Assembly (NCBI GenBank): GCA_040222015.1
Contig: JAVJWO010000130.1
Location: forward strand, 64,001-128,000
Length of the DNA stretch: 64,000 bases
Direction: 5' to 3'
Origin: Coleofasciculus chthonoplastes F2-STO-03
Lineage (GTDB): Bacteria; Cyanobacteriota; Cyanobacteriia; Cyanobacteriales; Coleofasciculaceae
Notes under the pieces: model-generated
Told to the model about the DNA's origin: nothing
Databases searched by the model: none
The model's input: only the letters and a program-made list of their open reading frames with translations
Program-made: the position numbers and the translations under genes
Part shown: positions 21,397-30,622 of the stretch, in pieces
Position numbering within the stretch: position 1 is the first letter of the stretch
Layout of the letters: each line of letters starts with the position of its first letter

Positions 21397-22874
21397 GGAG
21401 AGATAACGACATGAACCCATCACTGTTGTTTTGGGGATTGACTTTAATCGTTGGCTTACCGATTCTGACTGTTGCTCTAGAAGAGGCGATTAAGTACTTA
21501 GAACGCCAAGGAAATCCTTTAGCTAGTTTTTTACTTAAAATCCGCAGGTATTTTCTACCGCTTCTCATCGTCTTGCTGGTTCTACAGCAAGTGTTTGAGT
21601 TAGAAAATGACCAGCTCACGGTGCAAATCGTCAGAACCCTGACCACCGTGTCAATGCTCGCCGTGCTAATCTCTTTGATGAATGGCATATTAACAACGGG
21701 AGAGAAACAGAAAAGCTGGCAAATTCACGTTCCCAATTTGTTATTCCAGACGACTCGTGCTGCAATTATTGCTATCGTTGCTGTTTATACAATAGCCTTT
21801 ATCTGGGGGGTTGATTTAAGTCGTGTCGCTGCGACGTTGGGAGTCGGTTCTTTAGTGATTGCCTTAGCGCTACAGGATACTCTCAGTAATTTAGTTTCCG
21901 GGTTTTTGTTAATTATTGAAGGACCAATTAAGGTCAATGATTGGATAGTTATTAATGATATTAAAGGCAAGGTTATTGATATTAATTGGCGCTCGGTAAG
22001 AATTCGAGATTTAAAAAATGATGTCTTTATTATCCCCAATGGTTCCATTGCCAAAGATAAGTTTATCAACTCGACCCTAGAAAATCCCTACAGTGAACAT
22101 TCCCTATCGCTCATCTTTTCCTATCAAGACCCCCCCAACCGAGTAAAACCCATTCTCAAAAAAGCAGTTCTTGCGGCGGAAGGTGTTCAGTCAGTACTCG
22201 TTCGAGTGTTTGAATTTAAGGAGTACGGTATTGAATATGCAATCTACTACGTGATGCTTGATTCCACTAGCCTATCCAAAGGCAGAGATGCCGTGTTAAG
22301 CCGTATTTATTATGCGATTAAACGCCATCATCTGACCATTCCCTATCCCTGCCAAACCCTTTACCATGTCAATAGCTGTGATATAGAAAGAGAGGACTCT
22401 CAACAGGAGATTGCTGAGTTTTTGCACTCGCTGTCTTATTTTAAGAACTTAGATAGCTCCCTCATCGATGAACTATCAACCTATGCGATTATTTACTACT
22501 ACGGTATGGGTGAAAATATTGTTAAAATCGGAGAGATGGAAGAAGGACTCTATATTATTAGAGATGGTTTAGTTAAACTTACTGTTGAGGATTTTCAAGG
22601 GCAGGAAAAAGAAGTTTTGCGGTTAGGGGAAGGCGAATTTTTTGGTGAAATGTCCCTGCTGCCCAAAAGAACCAATAGCACTGTCAATGTTACTGTAATT
22701 GATGACGTCAAAACAATTTTCATCAATGAAAGATCGGCTGAAGAGTTAATGGAAGACAACCGTAAACTCGCCTTAGTCATGAACCAATTCATCGAAGAGC
22801 GGAATCGATTGATTAATCAAGCTAAACAAACTCCAGATCTCCCATCTTCTGAAGTCAATAGTATCACCGTCTGA
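21393..22874 (+). CDS. MscS-family channel with C-terminal cyclic-nucleotide-binding domain
   Basis: ALALQDTLSNLVSG, INWRSV, IIPN, IPYP; LYIIRDGLV...GEFFGEMSLL. Confidence 0.92.
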   Translation: MRRDNDMNPSLLFWGLTLIVGLPILTVALEEAIKYLERQGNPLASFLLKIRRYFLPLLIVLLVLQQVFELENDQLTVQIVRTLTTVSMLAVLISLMNGILTTGEKQKSWQIHVPNLLFQTTRAAIIAIVAVYTIAFIWGVDLSRVAATLGVGSLVIALALQDTLSNLVSGFLLIIEGPIKVNDWIVINDIKGKVIDINWRSVRIRDLKNDVFIIPNGSIAKDKFINSTLENPYSEHSLSLIFSYQDPPNRVKPILKKAVLAAEGVQSVLVRVFEFKEYGIEYAIYYVMLDSTSLSKGRDAVLSRIYYAIKRHHLTIPYPCQTLYHVNSCDIEREDSQQEIAEFLHSLSYFKNLDSSLIDELSTYAIIYYYGMGENIVKIGEMEEGLYIIRDGLVKLTVEDFQGQEKEVLRLGEGEFFGEMSLLPKRTNSTVNVTVIDDVKTIFINERSAEELMEDNRKLALVMNQFIEERNRLINQAKQTPDLPSSEVNSITV

Positions 22875-22960
22875 TATAGCGCTAGTCCAGTAACCAAAGT
22901 TAGTGGTGACAATAAGTCATATCAGGTTTTAACCTGTGTCTATCTACTCCTCGACATTTT

Positions 22961-23073
22961 CCCCCTCATCCCCTAACCCCAACTCCGGACCGTGGGGAGA
23001 AGGGGGATCGGATTCTCTTACTCCCCTCTTGCTCCCCTCTCCCAAGCTTGGGAGAGGGGCTGGGGGTGAGGGG
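22961..23073. repeat. GC-rich double-hairpin palindromic element (CCCCTCTCCC...GGGAGAGGGG family)
   Basis: CCCCTCATCCCC... / ...GGGGGTGAGGGG ends; same family as 37315-37908 and 39924-40030. Confidence 0.85.
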
Positions 23074-23141
23074 TTGAGCTTAAATTGACACGGATGACTA
23101 ACGTGCGCCCGATTTCTCGCAGAAAGTAAGAAATGTTCTTG

Positions 23142-24635
23142 TTAAACCTTCGCTTCTTCCAGCATCAACTTAGACCGTTTTAGCCTTTCCGGAACTGGAA
23201 TCGGATAATCTCCAGTAAAACACGCCGAACAGAACGTATCCGCATTATCTTGAGTCGCCAGCATCATCCCTTGCCAACTCACATAAGCCAGAGAATCCAC
23301 CCCAATTTGTTCAGCAATTTCCTCAACCGAATTAGTTGCAGCAATAAGCTGGTCTTGAGAATCAGTATCAATTCCATAGAAACAGGGATGAGTCACAGGG
23401 GGTGCAGAAACCCGCATGTGAACCTCAGCCGCCCCTGCATCCCGTAACGCTTTAACAATCTTCCGACTCGTGGTTCCCCGAACAATAGAATCGTCCACAA
23501 TAATCACTCGTTTACCCGTAAGCACATCTTTCAGAGGATTCAGTTTCATCCGAATCCCCGACTCTCGCATACTTTGCGTTGGTTGGATAAACGTGCGCCC
23601 CACATAGCGATTTTTAATCAACCCTTCCGCGTAGGGAATTCCCGACTCTTGGGAAAAGCCGATCGCGGCGGGAACACCGGAATCCGGCACTGCAATCACA
23701 ATATCGGCGTCAGTCGCCGCTTCTTTTGCCAATTGACGCCCTAAGCGTAGCCGATAGCTATAGATGCTTTCATCCTGCATCACGCTATCCGGGCGGGCAA
23801 AATAAATCATTTCAAAAATACACAGCTTCCGTTGGGGTTTTTGACTCCAGTGGAATGATGCCATTCCCTCGTCGGTAATCCAAACCAATTCTCCGGGTTC
23901 GACATCCCGCAGGTATTCTGCGCCAATAATATCTAACCCACAGGTTTCTGAAGCGAGGACATAACGCATCGGATTCGTACCTAACGTACCAATCACCAAC
24001 GGACGAACTCCATGGGGATCACGCACTCCCATCATCCCCTCAGGCGTACCAATTACTAAACTATAGGCACCTTCACAGAGGTTAAACGCACTAATCGCCG
24101 CCTCTAACCAATCCTTCCCTTGATCCACTTCCGCACCGATCGCGATCGCAATCATCTCAGAATCCGTCGTGGTCAAAAATTCATCATAGTTGCGGTTCTC
24201 TAAATGGGTTCGCAACTCCGAAGCATTGACTAAATTTCCATTATGTGCTAAAGCCAAAGACCCTAAGCGGGTATTCACAACAGCAGGTTGAGCATTGACA
24301 ACCCGACTCGACCCCGTTGTCGAGTAACGGGTATGACCCACCGCGATTGTTCCGGGCATTTGGTTCAAAAGGTCTTCGTTAAAGACTTGGGAGACAAGTC
24401 CCATATTCTTATAGAGACGCACCTGTTCTCCCTCAAAAGTGGCAATCCCCGCTGATTCTTGACCCCGATGTTGCAGGGCAAATAAACCAAAGTATGTTAG
24501 CTTGGCGACATCTTCTTCCGGCGCATAGATACCAAAAACCCCGCAAGCTTCTTCAGGTTTGTCGGGGCGTTGGCTGATAATCTGATCAGATTCAGCAGGA
24601 TTGGGGGTAGAGGAGTGGGGTGGCTGGAGAATCAT
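23142..24635 (-). CDS. purF: Amidophosphoribosyltransferase
   Basis: EEACGVFG, LQHRGQESAG, GHTRYST, VDDSIVRGTT, PCFYGID, FCSACF. Confidence 0.98.
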   Translation of the reverse strand: MILQPPHSSTPNPAESDQIISQRPDKPEEACGVFGIYAPEEDVAKLTYFGLFALQHRGQESAGIATFEGEQVRLYKNMGLVSQVFNEDLLNQMPGTIAVGHTRYSTTGSSRVVNAQPAVVNTRLGSLALAHNGNLVNASELRTHLENRNYDEFLTTTDSEMIAIAIGAEVDQGKDWLEAAISAFNLCEGAYSLVIGTPEGMMGVRDPHGVRPLVIGTLGTNPMRYVLASETCGLDIIGAEYLRDVEPGELVWITDEGMASFHWSQKPQRKLCIFEMIYFARPDSVMQDESIYSYRLRLGRQLAKEAATDADIVIAVPDSGVPAAIGFSQESGIPYAEGLIKNRYVGRTFIQPTQSMRESGIRMKLNPLKDVLTGKRVIIVDDSIVRGTTSRKIVKALRDAGAAEVHMRVSAPPVTHPCFYGIDTDSQDQLIAATNSVEEIAEQIGVDSLAYVSWQGMMLATQDNADTFCSACFTGDYPIPVPERLKRSKLMLEEAKV

Positions 24636-25547
24636 GGGTATTAGCTTACTCCTGATAGTGGCAGTCAGTTCGACTTGTATTAACGCAAATCAAGCGGGAA
24701 TCGTTAAGTTTAATTAACGATTCCTTAACAATATCATTAATTTGGGAATCATGGATCATCCCTCATGGATCATTCATCAGCCGCGACTGCCTCAACACGA
24801 CTATAAGCGACGTTATCGGGCTGAAGATTGGACTTTAGCTTGTTCCCAGAAAGAGCAGATATCGGGGAATCAGAAAGACTACTGGATCTAGATGTCCATG
24901 TTGATCTGCCCGTACAATCTGTGTAGAGACTTTCCCTGGCGCGTCTCTACATAATGTCGTTTCTCCTAAACCTGTCAAGTTCTGATAAGTTAAATGATTC
25001 TTTCTCCCAGAATGGTTTAAATTTTTCAATCAGGCACCGCTCTCAACAAAACTTCATGATTGCTCGTTTTTTACCTTTTTTTGAGAAAAAACTACGAATT
25101 TTCAAGGCTTACGGCGATTGTGAGGAGATTGTGCGATGTTCAGGTATACTATCTATGGTGGGTATTTTTTGGGTAAAAATAAGATCGACACAGCTAAACC
25201 CCTTGAATTTTCGTAAAACTTTGTATAACTCCTGGTTTTCGTCTCACTCCCCATGTCCCATTGAACCCATGTATTTTGTTAAACTTACAATAAAAATTAT
25301 TACCAAGCATTGACAAAAGCACATATTACACATATATAAAGAAGGAATGGCACATGCTTAGATTCCTGATCACAGCTAAATATCCTAACGTATGTGCGTA
25401 TTGCTATAATTTGTGTTTCATTTTTAGTCTTCAATAGTCCAATTTTTCCGATTTCCCCCCGTTTTTAGCGATGTAGTGTTTTGTGCTTAAACTTGAAGTG
25501 CGGAATGTGGGCAAATAGCTGTAACCAAGATTGCCTGATCAAATTAA

Positions 25548-26078
25548 ATGCATTACAATAAACTAAAACTATTAAATATAGATAGTGTTATGAAAATTGC
25601 CCTGGGTTCTGATAATTATGGATTTGACCTCAAACAAGAGGTGAAAAACCACCTACTTGACAAAGGGTTCGAAATCGAGGATGTAGGTGTCAGCGATCGC
25701 AATGCAGAAACACCTTATTATCAGACGGCTTCTTTGGTAGCCAAGCAGGTAGCGAATCACCAAGTAAATCGGGGTATTTTGTTCTGTGCTAGTGGTATGG
25801 GAATGGCGATTGTCGCCAACAAGCATCCGGGTATATATGCGGCGGTCTGTGAGAATGCTGAAGCTGCCCGTATGTCCCGCTCCATCAACAACTCTAACAT
25901 TCTGACTTTAGGAGGGTTAGTAACCACACCCCAGGTAGCTCAGGAAATTGTGGATACTTGGTTAAGCACTGAGTTTACACAGGGGTGGGAATTGTCTGTT
26001 CAAGAGTGGCTGCATAATTCGATGAAGGACATTGCCCAACTAGAGACACAAAAGTTCGCTCACCTAGACCGCGATTGA
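25548..26078 (+). CDS. RpiB/LacA/LacB-family sugar-phosphate isomerase
   Basis: MKIALGSD, GILFCASGMGMAIVANK, SRSINNSNILTLG; likely start ATG 25590. Confidence 0.88.
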   Translation: MHYNKLKLLNIDSVMKIALGSDNYGFDLKQEVKNHLLDKGFEIEDVGVSDRNAETPYYQTASLVAKQVANHQVNRGILFCASGMGMAIVANKHPGIYAAVCENAEAARMSRSINNSNILTLGGLVTTPQVAQEIVDTWLSTEFTQGWELSVQEWLHNSMKDIAQLETQKFAHLDRD

Positions 26079-26207
26079 GGAACTGCTACCTGCTCAAACC
26101 CAGAAATACAAACGATTCTATGGAAGATACATCAACCTCTAGCTGTATCAATCCTAAATGAGTGGAGACAGTTTGCAAATAAGTGAAGTCCATATACATA
26201 TCCCGAC

Positions 26208-27461
26208 ATGATAGATGGTAATTTGGCAAAAGAAGTACTTGTTCCCGAATATCTCCTAGCAAGTAAAGCGATTTATGACACCATAAATATCCCTTTTGGC
26301 ACTAGGCAATGGCAGTTGCTTTTATTAGCTGATGGCTATGCCTTACTTTCCGGTTCGCATGATTATTCTCAAGATACTGTAGAACGGTTTCTCCATATCT
26401 TAATTTGGAATAAAAAACCGATTATTATAGACGAAGCGAACGCCGCTACAACCGAGATTATCCGGGAATTTTATCGACGATATAGACGGATGGAAATTAT
26501 CGAGGTCAAGGATCTAAACGCTTCGGTATTCGATCCCTACATGTCCATTGAAAATTCATCGTCAGATCGTCATGTTTTCGCCATACTACCGCATAAATAC
26601 ATTCGTCGCCGCGTGCTTCATCAACACGATCAAGAGTATGGGCTTTTTGTCGGACAGAATACCCTAGCTCAACAATCTATACATATTATTGGGATTGCTC
26701 CGATTAGAGCTATGCTCACTCAAGAGGCGATCGCACTGATGGCTCAAGCTCCCCTAATTCTCACCTTTGATTTTGTGTATGAACTCATCAAAGATGTCGG
26801 ACTGCAAGGAGAACTCCATATACTAGAGTATGATTGGGAAAGGTATCAAGTCAATATCGATCGCATCAACCAAAAGTTAAGCCAGCTTCATATTCAGGGG
26901 TATTATGATATTACCCTAATTGTTGAGGGGAATCCTGAAGTTTACGATCTCTTATCCTACTTGGGATTAGCCTATCGTAGTTATCGCTTCGAGGTCATTT
27001 CTCCTGCGGTCGTGTTGTGTTGTGCATGGATTACCCAGCATTATGGAATTGATATCACTAAGCCGAGCTATGTCATCATTTCCGGTTATCACGCCCGTCA
27101 CGGAATTACTACTCAACATTTAGCATTAGAACTGGAAGCTTATCTGCGTTTAGATATCACTTGTTTGATTATTGAGTTATACAGTGGCGATCTCCCCTTA
27201 ATTTTTAAGCAGGTGTTTGTTGCAAAACGTCCAAAAACCATTATTATGATGATGAATATGTTTACGGATGAACAACAAATATTTATGCTTTCTGGCAAAG
27301 ATATTCAACGTGTTGCTTGGGCTGAACGGATTAAGGGGAAGTTTACCAGCATTGCGATTGTTGATCAAGAACGTTTACAACAAAACCCATCCATCTATGC
27401 ACAGTTATTAAATGATTTTGCTCCCGATCAGGAAAGTAGTAATTTGGAGGTTAAGGTATGA
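26208..27461 (+). CDS. Hypothetical fusion: SLOG-like N-terminus plus tetrapyrrole-methylase-like domain
   Basis: IHIIGIAP...LTQEAIALMAQAPLIL...LIVEGNPEVYD resembles the class III methylase pattern; N-terminal R...ADGYALLSG...NKKPIII resembles LOG/SLOG. Confidence 0.55.
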   Translation: MIDGNLAKEVLVPEYLLASKAIYDTINIPFGTRQWQLLLLADGYALLSGSHDYSQDTVERFLHILIWNKKPIIIDEANAATTEIIREFYRRYRRMEIIEVKDLNASVFDPYMSIENSSSDRHVFAILPHKYIRRRVLHQHDQEYGLFVGQNTLAQQSIHIIGIAPIRAMLTQEAIALMAQAPLILTFDFVYELIKDVGLQGELHILEYDWERYQVNIDRINQKLSQLHIQGYYDITLIVEGNPEVYDLLSYLGLAYRSYRFEVISPAVVLCCAWITQHYGIDITKPSYVIISGYHARHGITTQHLALELEAYLRLDITCLIIELYSGDLPLIFKQVFVAKRPKTIIMMMNMFTDEQQIFMLSGKDIQRVAWAERIKGKFTSIAIVDQERLQQNPSIYAQLLNDFAPDQESSNLEVKV

Positions 27462-28888
27462 TTCCCTTTAAATATTTCACCCTTGATGATCAAGCGTACA
27501 TTATAGAAGCATCTCGTCGTGTGAGGTATACCAAAAATGATGTGGTGGTCTCACAAGGAGAGAAGGCTAAACGAGGGCTGTTTATAATTAGTTCCGGAAT
27601 TGCTCGGGTTGAGATCAATGGAGTAACGATTGCTCGCTGTGGTCCTGGCTCGATTTTAGGGGAATTAAGTTTCCTAGAAGAGTCAGGAGCAAGTTCATCT
27701 ATCATCGCCAACACAGAATTAGAAATTGACATAACGGAAGGCGATATGATTGATAATTTCTGCGCTTCTGTTCCCGGGTTCGCCACTCGTTTTTACCATT
27801 CATTAGCAAGCCTCATGGCACAACGCATCCGAGAAAGGATAGATGGGTCATTCTTAAAAACCAATAACGCCATATCAGCAAGACGAGTTCAACGTACAGG
27901 GCACCTTTCTTTCACTCTTTCACCAGAAATTATATCGGGGGTTGCAGCATTTAAGGCAGAAATGGAGTCCATTGCCCAGATTATCCAAAATGGGCTTCCT
28001 AATCAGACACTTCAAGACCAAGTTACTAATGCCTGCAATGCCCTTCATCATTTGCTGACACAACATATACATGCCAATCCCGGACAAGCCGCCGGGATTG
28101 GAGCTTATATATTTCGGCAAAGTTTTCCATATTTGATGCTGAGTTATGCAAATGATAAAGCCTATACAAAGCCACTTGGTTATCAGGTAGATTACGAACT
28201 CCTTAACTATATTTGTGAGGGCATTCCTCATGGTGATAGTCCACTTGGACAGATGATTGATGAATGGGTGCTTCGACTTCCTTTTATGAATTTACTCCGA
28301 AAACGAGGCAAGGAGATGGCATCTTGTCTATTCAAATTCGCTCAGGAATGGGAAAAAGATATCGCCCTACCGATTACTGTCCTTGGAATAGGGACTTCGC
28401 CAGATGTTTTGGCGTTTGTCACTGACAATTACACATTGCCCATGAATGTTACCTGTATCGATATGGATGCACGGGGCTTTTCGATTGTTAAGAAACAGCT
28501 TGAGGTATTAGGAAATCAGCTATCTGTCTCTTTTGTGCAAGACAGCGTACTCCAAGTCTATCAAGGGAATAGCCGAGTATTGATTGAACCACAAAAAGCC
28601 ATTTTAGGGGCGAATATTCTACATTACCTTGATGATAACGACGTCGTCGAATTACTCAACTGGATATACGAAAAATTATTGCCAGATGGCGTTGTGATTT
28701 TGGGACAAATATCTGAAACAAACCCTGATCGTGTTTACCTTGAATATATTCTTGAATGGTCGTTTTATCATCGAAAGCAGGAGGTATTAAAAGACTTGTT
28801 CGCTCGGTCAAAATTTCGCTATTCCCATATAGAATTCCATTCCGATGGGATTCTACTAATTTTGTCTTGTCGTAAGCGGGTTGAGTAA
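27458..28888 (+). CDS. cNMP-binding domain fused to class I SAM methyltransferase (PhcB-like region)
   Basis: LFIISSGIARV...GSILGELSFL; AYTKPLGY..DYE, VLGIG, CIDMD, LHYLDD, LLPDG; ATGA overlap with the upstream gene. Confidence 0.75.
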   Translation: MIPFKYFTLDDQAYIIEASRRVRYTKNDVVVSQGEKAKRGLFIISSGIARVEINGVTIARCGPGSILGELSFLEESGASSSIIANTELEIDITEGDMIDNFCASVPGFATRFYHSLASLMAQRIRERIDGSFLKTNNAISARRVQRTGHLSFTLSPEIISGVAAFKAEMESIAQIIQNGLPNQTLQDQVTNACNALHHLLTQHIHANPGQAAGIGAYIFRQSFPYLMLSYANDKAYTKPLGYQVDYELLNYICEGIPHGDSPLGQMIDEWVLRLPFMNLLRKRGKEMASCLFKFAQEWEKDIALPITVLGIGTSPDVLAFVTDNYTLPMNVTCIDMDARGFSIVKKQLEVLGNQLSVSFVQDSVLQVYQGNSRVLIEPQKAILGANILHYLDDNDVVELLNWIYEKLLPDGVVILGQISETNPDRVYLEYILEWSFYHRKQEVLKDLFARSKFRYSHIEFHSDGILLILSCRKRVE

Positions 28889-29040
28889 GAATGTTTGAGT
28901 ATTGGCGTAAAGCGAGATGAATTAAGGCATCTAAAAAGGACACTTTGAACAGGAAATAAAGTATTTTATCCCCCTTCAGTGGGGAGTCTAAAGACTAAAC
29001 TTGACTGAAGCTATTTTATCTCAATCCAAGGAGGAACAAT

Positions 29041-29358
29041 ATGATGAAAATTGCCCTAACAAACTTGCCGCCAGAACAGGGAGAGCGGATTGCTCGTTTA
29101 CTTGTAGAAGAACACGTTGTAGCCTGTGTCAACCTGTATCCGATCCAGAGCCTGTATTTTTGGAAAGGAGAAGTTCGTTTGGACGCAGAAGTCACATTGA
29201 TGATGAAAGTCTCAACAGAAGGAGTAGAGCGTTTGAAACATCGCCTCTGTGAGCTTCATCCCTATGAATTGCCGGAGTTTGTTGTTCTTGAGATTGATAA
29301 CGAGGCTTCTCTGCGTGAGTATGTCGAGTTTGTTCGAGATCAAACCCACCTCTCATAA
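29041..29358 (+). CDS. cutA: Divalent-cation tolerance protein CutA
   Basis: LVEEHVVACVNL, SLYFWKG, LHPYELPE; GGAGG RBS. Confidence 0.92.
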   Translation: MMKIALTNLPPEQGERIARLLVEEHVVACVNLYPIQSLYFWKGEVRLDAEVTLMMKVSTEGVERLKHRLCELHPYELPEFVVLEIDNEASLREYVEFVRDQTHLS

Positions 29359-29397
29359 ACTGAATTAGATAATCCTAACCTTCCAGCTAGGTATAAT

Positions 29398-29508
29398 CTC
29401 AGATCTTGCACCATTCTCAATAAAGTTCTACAACCCTTGATATTTCGTTGATCACATCACCAAAAACCTAGCTTTTTCCGGCTTATTGACATTGGTGCAA
29501 GAGTTCAG
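29398..29508. mobile_element. ~110-bp MITE with imperfect terminal inverted repeats and TATAAT on both flanks
   Basis: CTCAGATCTTGCACCA...TGGTGCAAGAGTTCAG; a related lone end at about 59724. Confidence 0.65.
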
Positions 29509-29514
29509 TATAAT
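29486..29514 (+). promoter_or_regulatory. Perfect consensus sigma70 promoter TTGACA-N17-TATAAT for the EF-hand gene
   Basis: TTGACA 29486-29491, TATAAT 29509-29514, AGAGGA RBS 29531, ATG 29546. Confidence 0.75.
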
Positions 29515-29545
29515 CTGATTCTGATAAATTAGAGGACGATCATAA

Positions 29546-30103
29546 ATGTTAAGTCAACTATTGCAAAAAAAACACACTAAAAATTTTAAGATATACGATT
29601 TAGATGGAAGTGGATTTGTAGAACTAGCCGATCTAGAACGTTGTGCCAGCAATCTCGCTCAACTACGTAATCAACAATCAGACTCATCAGAAGTTTTAGA
29701 TTTACAAGCAAAATATTTAGCAATTTGGACTAATTTTTGGCAACCTGCTGATATTAATGGTGATGGAAAAGTTAGCTTAGAAGAATACTTGAAGGTAGCC
29801 GAGAATTCGATTAATAATTTCTGGAAAATACCACGACTTCAAAACGCTCATACTAATAAAGCTAATATGATATTCGACATTTTGGATGCTAATAATAATG
29901 ATCAAATTAGCCAGAGCGAATATGAACAATTTTGTCTAGCCGTTGGTCTGAATGAAAAAGATGCTGAAACAGCTTTTATCCATTTAGATAACAACGCTGA
30001 TGGATATATTTCACGCGATGAATATGTCCAAGCATCCCAAGATTTTCATGTCAGTGAAGATGTCAATGCTTCTGGTAATTGGCTTTACGGTTCCTATGAA
30101 TAG
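29546..30103 (+). CDS. Four-EF-hand calcium-binding protein (calerythrin-like)
   Basis: DLDGSGFVELAD, DINGDGKVSLEE, DANNNDQISQSE, DNNADGYISRDE; C-terminal GNWLYG. Confidence 0.9.
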   Translation: MLSQLLQKKHTKNFKIYDLDGSGFVELADLERCASNLAQLRNQQSDSSEVLDLQAKYLAIWTNFWQPADINGDGKVSLEEYLKVAENSINNFWKIPRLQNAHTNKANMIFDILDANNNDQISQSEYEQFCLAVGLNEKDAETAFIHLDNNADGYISRDEYVQASQDFHVSEDVNASGNWLYGSYE

Positions 30104-30109
30104 GTGTTG

Positions 30110-30550
30110 CTCTAGTTGCTCTATCTTGAACAGACCCTAACTAATTACAAGTAATCTAGTTAGGGATTCTTTCCCTGCTGTTACCACTGGGAACCGCTGT
30201 TCTCGGTGGGTATCAGGAACTTGGGTCCTTTATACCCCTCCTTGCCATTTCTGCTAAGGAGCTAAGACTAAAAGTCTTATAAACGCACTAAGATTTTTAC
30301 CCAGTAGATGCGTTACTGTAACAAATAGTCTCTACTGGAACCGCTTATCTTAAGTTTTCTAGGTTCTATAGGTCGTGCCGAACAAGTTAAAAACTGCCGC
30401 CGTACCTGATACTATTGTATAGTATTATTGGGTACTTAACAACTATTTTGTTTCGCTAACCCCATCTAAATCAAAGATTCTAGATAGGGACTGCGCTCAA
30501 CTTTCGTTCAAGCCTAAGTTCACCACTAACTTTCTGACACTGACAGGGGT
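30110..30550. other. Hairpin-dense noncoding element, possible IS200/IS605-derived remnant or structured RNA
   Basis: Subterminal hairpins near 30135-30165 and 30460-30489 and at least four internal stems; no ORF of 60 aa or more. Confidence 0.4.
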
Positions 30551-30563
30551 CTTCTCCCAATTA

Positions 30564-30601
30564 TCATTGGTCATTGGTCATTGGTCATTGGTCATTTGTC
30601 A
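30564..30601. repeat. Heptamer tandem repeat (TCATTGG)n, STRR type
   Basis: Directly visible downstream of purL. Confidence 0.9.
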
Positions 30602-30622
30602 GCGGTGAATAGCTCAACACAG

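Noticed and set aside
26076..26210. TGA read-through joining the RpiB-like gene to the next gene in the same frame
   Set aside because: Needs two TGA read-throughs and no supporting signal is visible
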